Below, piece by piece: positions 56,937-64,000 of a DNA stretch of 64,000 bases (the stretch's first letter is position 1; each line of letters starts with the position of its first letter). Under the pieces are notes generated by a model. The model worked only from the letters and a program-made list of their open reading frames with translations, did no database searches and was not told where the DNA came from. The position numbers and the translations under genes are program-made. This DNA comes from Longimicrobiales bacterium (GTDB taxonomy: Bacteria; Gemmatimonadota; Gemmatimonadetes; Longimicrobiales; Gaopeijiaceae): the NCBI GenBank assembly GCA_965204735.1, contig OZ242008.1:2912001-2976000 (forward strand), given 5' to 3'.

Positions 56937-57163
56937 CGGGGGGTTCTCCGTCGCATTCGCACGTTCCGTTGGGTTCCGTTGGAGGGCAACCGAGAAAGAT
57001 AGGGCAGAGGGCGGCATGGTGGAAGCCGCCCGCCGTGGTGGAACCCGCCCGCCCGCCGAGTCCGGCAAGTCCGGCAACCTTTCGCCCCCTTCGGGTTACT
57101 AATACCATGTAGTCGGCACGGCTCCACGGCGGTGGGGCGCTCATTAGCAACCGGAGGGGGAAG

Positions 57164-57853
57164 ATGCAGAGGCACCGGACCGACCTCATGGCCGTCGCGG
57201 CCATCGTGGGGGGCGCGGTCGTGGGCTTGGGGGCCACGATGGCGTTCGGGGGGAAGCACGACCACGGGCACGGACACGGGCACTGGCACGGGAAGGGACA
57301 CTCGCACGCGGTGGTGTGCGAGACGACGGGGTCGTCGTCGCAGGTGGCCGTCAAGTTCCGGGTGCGGGACCAGTCGGGCTCGGTGACCGAGTACCGGCCG
57401 CCCCGGGACCAGCGGCCCGTCCGCAAGCGGAGGCGTTGCCGCCGCATCGTCACGGACGTCGACCACCAGGTCGAGCTTCGCTTCCGGGCAGACCGACTGC
57501 ACTTCAGGACCGACTGGGGCGATCCGGACCACGCGGGCGCGCAGATCGACCGGGAGCGCCGTCGCGCCCGCGCCGAAGCGCTCCGGGAACGCGCTGCGCA
57601 GCTCCGGGAACGCGCCGAGGCGGCCCGCGAGCGCGCGGCGCAAGTCCGAGAACGCGCTGCGGAGGTCCGCGAGCGCGCTGGAGAGGCCCGCGAGCGCGGC
57701 GAGGAAGCCCAGGAGCGCGCCGAAGCGCTCCGGGAACGCGCTGCGGAGCTCCGGGAACGCGCTGGAGAGGCCCGCGAGCGCGGCGAGGAAGCCCGGGAGC
57801 GCGCCGAAGCGCTCCTGCAAGTCATCGGGAACGAACCAGGCGCCGGGAAGTAG
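57164..57853 (+). CDS. Hypothetical protein: TM, His-rich segment, heptad-repeat coiled coil
   Basis: GGAGG RBS; HDHGHGHGHWHGKGHSH; about 12 RER(A/G)xxx heptads. Confidence 0.7.
   Translation: MQRHRTDLMAVAAIVGGAVVGLGATMAFGGKHDHGHGHGHWHGKGHSHAVVCETTGSSSQVAVKFRVRDQSGSVTEYRPPRDQRPVRKRRRCRRIVTDVDHQVELRFRADRLHFRTDWGDPDHAGAQIDRERRRARAEALRERAAQLRERAEAARERAAQVRERAAEVRERAGEARERGEEAQERAEALRERAAELRERAGEARERGEEARERAEALLQVIGNEPGAGK
57569..57816 (+). repeat. In-frame 21-bp tandem repeat
   Basis: RERAEAL/RERAAQL/RERAGEA/RERGEEA units. Confidence 0.9.
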
Positions 57854-57938
57854 CGAGCCGCCCAAGTCCCAGCACCGGCCGTCCGGCTTCCCGTCGCCGC
57901 AAGGAGCACGGGACGCCGGGCGGCAACCGGGAGTCGCC

Positions 57939-58724
57939 GTGCTGACCAACTCGTATCGAACCCGGGGCGCCAACTTCGCGTTCCTCGCTGGACCGCCCCG
58001 GGACCTGACCCGCCACACCGGAATGGAGATCCACTCGGCCGTCTGCGAAGCCCTGGGCGCCGACGACCTCTCCTTCAAGTACACGCCCGGAGCGAAGGGC
58101 CCGGACGACGAAACGCCCTTCGCGATCCAGCTGGGCCGGGACCAGGGTCCGGAGAAGCTGGCCGTGGAGATCAACGGCTCGGTTCAGAACACGCCGCTCC
58201 GCGTCTTCTTCGGCTACGAGTGGCCCCGTTCCAGCGACCTGGCCTTTCAGGACTTCGACTTGGTGTGCGAGGCCGTCTTCACCGTCTTGGGCGACGGCTG
58301 GCAGCGCGTGCTGGCCGAGGCCCGGGTCCGCGGCCAGCTCCACGCCAAGGGCGATTCGGCGGTGTCCTACCTGAGCCGGAGCGTTTTGCCGGTCGTCGGC
58401 GGCAGCGAGAACGTGGGCGATCCTTCCTTCGTGGCCTTCAAGTACGAAACCGTCGCATCGGACTTTGCCGCCGAAGACCCCATGGCCAACCCCAAGCGCG
58501 ACGTCTCCGTGGAGGTGCTGCGAAGCGACCCGCGATGCATCTACGTGGAGGTCATGTCCCAGTGGCCGCAGGTCGCGGCCGCGGACGGAACGGCCGTGCA
58601 GATCAACCCGGAGAAGATCAGGACCTTCGACTCCCCTCCAAGCGAATACTTGGCCGACACGATGCACTACGTGGAGTCCGTGGTCCTTCCCCTCCTGGCC
58701 GACAAGAAGGCTCCGGGCGACTGA
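57939..58724 (+). CDS. Hypothetical protein
   Basis: GTG after GGAG; protein-like composition and host-like GC3; no recognised motif. Confidence 0.7.
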   Translation: MLTNSYRTRGANFAFLAGPPRDLTRHTGMEIHSAVCEALGADDLSFKYTPGAKGPDDETPFAIQLGRDQGPEKLAVEINGSVQNTPLRVFFGYEWPRSSDLAFQDFDLVCEAVFTVLGDGWQRVLAEARVRGQLHAKGDSAVSYLSRSVLPVVGGSENVGDPSFVAFKYETVASDFAAEDPMANPKRDVSVEVLRSDPRCIYVEVMSQWPQVAAADGTAVQINPEKIRTFDSPPSEYLADTMHYVESVVLPLLADKKAPGD

Positions 58725-59409
58725 TCGCCCCGCCGCTCGCGCGCGCGCCGTCGCCGCACGACCGTCGCGTCAGACGCTGGACCTCGGCTTCGCGCCACTC
58801 CCCGATCCGGCGGTGGTCGCCGCTGCGCAGCACTTCGGGCACTGCAAGGCCCCGGTACTCGGCAGGACGCGTGTAGGACGGGGCCGACACCGCATCGCCG
58901 TCGTAGAACGAATCCGACGACGCCGACTCGTGGTCGCCCAGCGCCCCTGGGAGGAGCCGCACGACGGCGTCGGTCATGGCCAGAGCCGCCGCCTCGCCGC
59001 CGGACACGACGAAGGGGCCCAGCGAAAGCTCCTCCGTGGCCAAGTGGTCGGCCACCCGCTGGTCCACGTCCTTGTAGTGTCCGCAGAGGAAGGTGAGTTC
59101 GGGGACCAGCGAGAGGCGCACCGCGTCCCCGTGGCCGAAGGGCGCCCCCCGGGCCGACAGCAGCACGATCGGGCCTTCCGGCCGCAGGTGGTCCACGGCT
59201 TCGAAGAAGGGCTCGGGCTTCATCACCATCCCGGCGCCGCCGCCGTAGGGCTCGTCGTCCACCGTCTTGTGGCGGTCCGAGGCGTAGTCCCGCAGGTCCA
59301 CGATCCTGTACTCGGCCAAGCCGGCGCGCGCCGCCCGCCCGGGGATGCTCAGCGAGAGGGGCTCGGCGAAGTAGCCGGGGAAGATGGTGAGGATGTTGAC
59401 CCGGATCAC
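58618..59409 (-). CDS. trmD: tRNA (guanine-N1)-methyltransferase
   Basis: ILTIFP, VDDEPYGGGAGMVMK, SLGPFVVSGGE, VPEVLRSGDH; stop lies inside the convergent gene. Confidence 0.95.
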   Translation of the reverse strand: MIRVNILTIFPGYFAEPLSLSIPGRAARAGLAEYRIVDLRDYASDRHKTVDDEPYGGGAGMVMKPEPFFEAVDHLRPEGPIVLLSARGAPFGHGDAVRLSLVPELTFLCGHYKDVDQRVADHLATEELSLGPFVVSGGEAAALAMTDAVVRLLPGALGDHESASSDSFYDGDAVSAPSYTRPAEYRGLAVPEVLRSGDHRRIGEWREAEVQRLTRRSCGDGARASGGAISRPEPSCRPGGEGPRTPRSASCRPSIRLEGSRRS

Positions 59410-59984
59410 GGCAGCAGTCCCTCGGGCGGGTCGATCAAGACGCGCCGTCGCTCCCGGTCGACCTTCACCACGATCTCGGGCGCCATGGGAACCAGCACCT
59501 CGCCGCCGTCCCGTCCAGCGACCTGGAGCAGGTCCGCCGGCTTGAGGGGGAAGACCTCGGTGACCCGCCCCACGGACACGTCGTCGAGGGTGGCGACCTC
59601 CGCGCCCAGCAGCTGGTGGTAGAAGATTTCGTCGTCGGCCAGCGGGTCGATCGCGTCGAAGGGGCGGAAGAGGTAGAGGCCCCGAAGCCGTTCGGCGCCG
59701 TCCCGGTCGCCGACCCCGGCGAACTTGGCCAGGAACCCCTTTCGATAGGGGCGGACCGACTCGATCACCAGTGGGGGCAGGGAGTCGGCGGGCGCACGCC
59801 CTTCTTCGTCGCCGGGAAGGTGAACGGCTCCAGGGGCGAAGTGGCTTGCAGGGTAGTCCGTCAAGGGCCAGACGAAGATCTCGCCCTTGGTGCCGTGGGG
59901 CTTGTTGAGGTGGCCGACGACCAGATGGCTGGGCTGCCGACTGGATTCGCCCTCCGCTGTCGCTCTTTCGCCGTCCGCGGTCAC
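59406..59984 (-). CDS. rimM: 16S rRNA processing protein RimM
   Basis: KPHGTKGE, DEIFYHQLLG, DPPEGLL; operon position. Confidence 0.95.
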   Translation of the reverse strand: MTADGERATAEGESSRQPSHLVVGHLNKPHGTKGEIFVWPLTDYPASHFAPGAVHLPGDEEGRAPADSLPPLVIESVRPYRKGFLAKFAGVGDRDGAERLRGLYLFRPFDAIDPLADDEIFYHQLLGAEVATLDDVSVGRVTEVFPLKPADLLQVAGRDGGEVLVPMAPEIVVKVDRERRRVLIDPPEGLLP

Positions 59985-60865
59985 TCCTTGGGCGGCGCCG
60001 GACCGCCCTCTGCCGCCGGGCCGCGCTCCGCGCCGGACTCGGGGTCGGGATCGGTCTGGGGGTCGGCGGCGGATGCGCTGGACGGGGCCTCGGAGTCGGC
60101 CCGGGAGCCGGCGTCGGAGGTGACCTCGGAGTCGGCCTCGGAAGCGGATTGGCTGGTTGCGTCTTCGGACTTGGCATCGCTCGATGCGGCCTCGGCGCTC
60201 GGTGCGGCGTCGCGGTCGGCGCCGTCCCCGGCGGCCTCCGCCCGACCGCTCGCGCTGGCGGCGGCCCCGCTGGTACTGGACTGCCCGCTGGAGTCGGCGG
60301 CGGCCCGGCCGCCGGCCTGGTCGGCCTTGCCCGCGGCGTCGGCCTGGTCAGCGGCCTCGGCCTGGTCAGCGACCTCGGCTTGCCCGCCACCGTTCCTGGC
60401 CGCTTGCCCGCTGGCGCCGCTCTCCGAACTCGGCTCGGCTTCAGGCGCTGCTCCGTCGGCCTTGCCGTCGCTTGCCGTGCCGTCGGTCGCCCCCGCGTCG
60501 TCCGTGGCTGCTCCGCTGTCCACCGCGGCCGTGTCGCCGTCGATCGTGGATCCGCCACCGTCCACCGCCGCGCCGTTCGCTTCCGCCTCGGCGGCAACCC
60601 CGGCCAGCGCGACCGTTGCGTCGCCCCCGGCCCTGGCCTTCGAGACCAAGCTCGCGACCGTGGGGGACGCCTCGGCGCCTTCGCCCAGCCAGTAGTCGAC
60701 TCGCTCCAGGTCCACCGAGAGACGGGCGGGGTGCGGGATCGGGTCGTAGTAGCCGATGTTCTCGACGAAGCGCCCGTCCCTTGGGGATCTGCCGTCGGCC
60801 ACCACGATCCGGTAGTGAGCCTGCTTCTTCTTTCCCATCCGCCGAAGGCGAATCCTTGCTGACAT
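59981..60865 (-). CDS. rpsP: 30S ribosomal protein S16 with long acidic tail
   Basis: IRLRRMGKK...YRIVVADGRSPRDGRFVE.IG.YDP; about 200-aa Ala/Asp/Ser tail. Confidence 0.96.
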   Translation of the reverse strand: MSARIRLRRMGKKKQAHYRIVVADGRSPRDGRFVENIGYYDPIPHPARLSVDLERVDYWLGEGAEASPTVASLVSKARAGGDATVALAGVAAEAEANGAAVDGGGSTIDGDTAAVDSGAATDDAGATDGTASDGKADGAAPEAEPSSESGASGQAARNGGGQAEVADQAEAADQADAAGKADQAGGRAAADSSGQSSTSGAAASASGRAEAAGDGADRDAAPSAEAASSDAKSEDATSQSASEADSEVTSDAGSRADSEAPSSASAADPQTDPDPESGAERGPAAEGGPAPPKE

Positions 60866-60885
60866 CTGCTGTTGCCGTCCTGGGG

Positions 60886-62193
60886 TTAGATGCGGGGCAT
60901 GAACGCCTTCATGCGCTTCATCGTCTTCTCCATCTCGCCGAACCGCTTCATGAGCCGGTTCACCTCCGACACGGGCCGGCCGCTGCCGCGGGCGATCCGC
61001 TTCCGTCGGGAACCGTCGAGGATCTTCGGCCGTCGCCGCTCCTCGGGCGTCATGGACAAGATAATCGCTTCTACGTGCCTCATCTTCTTGGGGTCCACCG
61101 CCCCGGCCGTCAGGGCGCGGGGCGCGCCGGGCAAGAGCTTCATCAGCTGATCGAGAGGTCCCATCTTCTGAACTTGGCGCATTGCCGACAGAAAGTCTTC
61201 CAACGTGAAGCGCCCCTGGCCCATCGCCTTCCTGTGAAGCCGCGTCGCCTCTTGGGCGTCCACCGTCGCCGAGGCGCGCTCCACCAAGCCGACCACGTCG
61301 CCCATCTGAAGGATCCGGCCCGCCATGCGCTCCGGGTCCACCCGCTCCAGGGCGTCCAGGCCTTCTCCCGTCCCCACGAACTTGAGCGGCTTGCCCGTCA
61401 CGCCCCGGATCGAGAGCGCCGCGCCGCCTCGGGCGTCGCCGTCCATCTTGGTGAGGACGAGACCGGTCACGTCCAGCGCCTCGTCGAAGCCTTGGGCGAT
61501 CCGCACCGCCTCCTGGCCCGTCATGGCGTCGGCCACCAGCAGGATCTCGCGGGGCGCCAGCGCCTGCTTCAGCTGCCGCAGCTCGTCCATCATCGGCTGG
61601 TCGATCTGAAGCCGGCCGGCGGTGTCCACGATCAACGCCGCCGCCTTTTCCCGCCGCGCCCGGCGGTGAGCGGCCTTGGCGACCCGAAGGGGGTCGGTGG
61701 CTCCGTCTTCGTGGTGGACGGGAACGCCCGCCCGCTCGCCCAGCACCCGAAGCTGGTCCACTGCGGCGGGCCGGTAGAGGTCGCACGCCGCCAGCACGAC
61801 GGTTCTGCCGGGACGGGCCAGCCGCTTGGCCAGCTTGCCTGCCGTCGAGGTCTTTCCCGAGCCCTGAAGGCCCACCAGCATGATCACGGTGGGCGGCGCC
61901 GACGACCACTGGAGCTCGCTCTCCCCCTCGCCCCCCATCAGGACCGCCAGCTCGTCGTGGACGATCTTGACGACCTGCTGGCCCGGCGACACCGACTTGA
62001 GGACCTTCTCGCCGAGGGCCCGCTCCTGGACCCGGACCAGGAAGCGCCGGGTCACCTTGAAGTTCACGTCCGCTTCCAGCAGGACGCGGCGCACCTCGCG
62101 CAGCCCGTCCCGGATCATCGGCTCGGTCAGGACGCCCCGTTGTCGGAAGCGTCGCAGAACGCCGTCGAGCTTGTTGCTCAGGTCCTCGAACAT
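60886..62193 (-). CDS. ffh: Signal recognition particle protein
   Basis: LLEADV, GLQGSGKT, DTAGR, TKMDGDARGGAALS, SMTPEER. Confidence 0.98.
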   Translation of the reverse strand: MFEDLSNKLDGVLRRFRQRGVLTEPMIRDGLREVRRVLLEADVNFKVTRRFLVRVQERALGEKVLKSVSPGQQVVKIVHDELAVLMGGEGESELQWSSAPPTVIMLVGLQGSGKTSTAGKLAKRLARPGRTVVLAACDLYRPAAVDQLRVLGERAGVPVHHEDGATDPLRVAKAAHRRARREKAAALIVDTAGRLQIDQPMMDELRQLKQALAPREILLVADAMTGQEAVRIAQGFDEALDVTGLVLTKMDGDARGGAALSIRGVTGKPLKFVGTGEGLDALERVDPERMAGRILQMGDVVGLVERASATVDAQEATRLHRKAMGQGRFTLEDFLSAMRQVQKMGPLDQLMKLLPGAPRALTAGAVDPKKMRHVEAIILSMTPEERRRPKILDGSRRKRIARGSGRPVSEVNRLMKRFGEMEKTMKRMKAFMPRI

Positions 62194-62198
62194 TCGGT

Positions 62199-62228
62199 AA
62201 GATAAGCTTCGGCCACGGATGCGTTCAA
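62199..62228 (-). promoter_or_regulatory. Putative promoter TTGAAC-N18-TATCTT directly before the ffh ATG (leaderless)
   Basis: -10 ends 5 nt before ATG; no SD sequence. Confidence 0.5.
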
Positions 62229-62246
62229 GGTGTTCGGACCCACTGA

Positions 62247-63423
62247 ATGGACAAGCGCGGCAACCCTTTCCGTCCCGGCGCCGGAGCGCGTCCCCCGGCG
62301 CTTGCGGGGCGGGAGCCGGAGCTGGAAGACTTCGACGTCGCGGTTCATCGGTACATGCAGGGGCATCCAGAACGCAGCATCCTGCTCAGCGGCCTCCGAG
62401 GCGTGGGGAAGACCGTCCTGCTGCGGGAGTGCGAGAGGATTGCGGGGGCCCACGGCTGGGAGTTTCAGAGCTTCGAAGCCGGTCGAGACGACGAGAGCTT
62501 GGCCGGCTTCGTGGCGACGGGGGCCCGGGCGGCGCTGTTGCGGTACTCGCGCTCGGAGCGCCTGAAGGAGGGGGCGCGAAGCGCTCTCGCCGTCCTCCGA
62601 TCGTTCCAGGTCCGCTGGAAGCTTTCGGAGGGGAACGAAGTGGTGCTTGCGGCCGACCCGGCCTTCGGGCGGGCGGACTCGGGCTCGATGGGTCGGGACA
62701 TGATCGACTTGCTGCTGGCGCTGGGCGAAGCCGCGGCCGAGCGTCGGACCGGCGTCCTCTTCACAATCGACGAGATGCAGTTCCTTCCCGGACGCGAATT
62801 GGCGGACCTCTGCATGGCGCTTCACAAGGTCAGCCAGAACGCCGTGCCCGTCATGGTGGCGGGGGCCGGGCTGCCCTCGCTTCCGGGCCTGGTCGGCGAG
62901 GCGAAGTCGTACGGCGAGCGCCTCTTCTCCTTCCGGACGGTCAACAGCTTGTCCCATGACGACGCCCGACGGGCCCTCGTGGATCCGGTGGCGCCCGGGC
63001 TGTCCTGGGAGCCCGACGCCCTCGACGAGGCTGTGGAGACCAGCGGCGGGTACCCCTATTTTCCTCCAGGAGCTGGGCCGGTGCGCGTGGAACGCGACCG
63101 AGGGCCCGGACGCGATCACATTGGCCGATGTACGCCGAGCAACGCCCGAAGCGCTCCGTTCGCTGGACGACGGATTCTTCCGAGTCCGGTTCGACCGTGC
63201 CACCGACGGCGGGCGCAGCTACTTGAGGGCGATGGCGGCGCTCGGTGCGGGACCCCACCGCTCCCAAGACGTGGCCGACCAGCTGGGCAAGAGCGTCGCC
63301 GCCGCGGCGCCGCTGCGTAGGAACTTGATCAAGAAGGGCTTGTGCTACGCGCCTCGGCCTGGGTACGTCGGCTTCACCGTGCCCCTCTTCGACGACTACC
63401 TGCGGCGGACTGCGGAGGCGTAG
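62247..63423 (+). CDS. P-loop ATPase (AAA_16-like) with C-terminal wHTH, frameshifted at about 63060
   Basis: NPF.PG.G..PP.LAGRE, GLRGVGKT, IDEMQ; GYPY|FLQE broken at a T run; C-terminal FTVPLF..YL. Confidence 0.8.
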
Positions 63424-63431
63424 GCCCAGGC

Positions 63432-64000
63432 CTACTTGAAGGTGATCGTGCCGGCAAGTCCGACGCGGCGCTCCGGGGGCTGGAAGCCGTTGGCGACCTG
63501 CTCGCCGAAGAAGTCCATCACCAGGCGGAGGCCGGGGTCCTGCTGCTCGGCGGTCTCGCCGCCTAGCGTCGCCCACTGGGTCCCCACGTTCAGGCGGTAG
63601 CCCGCCGGACCCTCGCGGCTCCAGCGACCGAACGGCTTGATCCGGCCGCCGCCGGGCAGCAGAACGCCGTAGCCCACCTCTATCGCCAGGCGGTCGGGCG
63701 CCCAGCCTCGGGCGTCCTGGGGCGCTCCGAAGCCGTGGGTCGGCCCGGCGCCGGGGCTCGTCGGACCGCCGTGGCTCGTGAGACCACCGTGGCCAGTGGG
63801 GCCGCCGTAGCCGGCTTGGTCGCCGCCGGTGGGCACGCCGCCGCCCGGATTCGCTGGAGCCGGGGCGCCCAGGCCCGGCACACCTGCGGTCCGCCACACG
63901 TCGGCGCCGCCCTGCCACAACGTCTGGGCTCCGCCCGAGGCGTTGCCCCACGACGGCTCCAGCGAGAACGACAGCCCGCCGTCTTCGCGGCCGGGCTGGA
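63432..64000 (-). CDS. C-terminal part of an outer-membrane beta-barrel/autotransporter-like protein (5' end off window)
   Basis: Open to window end: GLSFSLEPSWG...EVGYG...PFG..., amphipathic strands, terminal ITFK. Confidence 0.65.
   Translation of the reverse strand, partial: QPGREDGGLSFSLEPSWGNASGGAQTLWQGGADVWRTAGVPGLGAPAPANPGGGVPTGGDQAGYGGPTGHGGLTSHGGPTSPGAGPTHGFGAPQDARGWAPDRLAIEVGYGVLLPGGGRIKPFGRWSREGPAGYRLNVGTQWATLGGETAEQQDPGLRLVMDFFGEQVANGFQPPERRVGLAGTITFK

Noticed and set aside
37812..57816. CRISPR array or DGR at the repeat tracts
   Set aside because: Repeats are contiguous in-frame units without unique spacers; no cas or reverse transcriptase genes seen
60866..62250. SRP RNA next to ffh
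   Set aside because: No SRP helix-8 motif recognised and the intergenic gaps are too short

Overview
High-GC bacterial chromosome segment, plausibly Gemmatimonadota-like (inferred from gene content only). The housekeeping genes are dnaE, thiI, ileS, an RluA/RluD-type synthase, rnhB and the ffh-rpsP-rimM-trmD//rplS cluster, with several exported peptidases, hydrolases and oxidoreductases. There are three accessory blocks. (1) A co-oriented minus-strand defence-like run (9958-19719): an orphan type III Res-like helicase/nuclease, a flap endonuclease, an ABC-ATPase/TOPRIM gene, a translationally coupled ubiquitin-like conjugation cassette (multi-Ubl, E2, JAB-E1 fusion, with cysteine-free Bub-like active sites), then a second paralogous ABC-ATPase/TOPRIM gene. 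The two units share matching predicted promoters. (2) An AlbA_2 + DUF262/DUF3696/effector (Menshen-like) + Mrr island (31450-36782). (3) A tandemly duplicated exported cassette of diheme DUF1592-type protein, Tat-signal DUF1552 protein and ankyrin protein ending in CVSC (36786-49048). Also notable are an IleRS2 with a GLHH signature motif, two genes inserted between trmD and rplS, and short in-frame tandem-repeat expansions in many proteins. No rRNA, tRNA, CRISPR array or transposase was recognised. All family calls are by eye from motifs; no database search was run.
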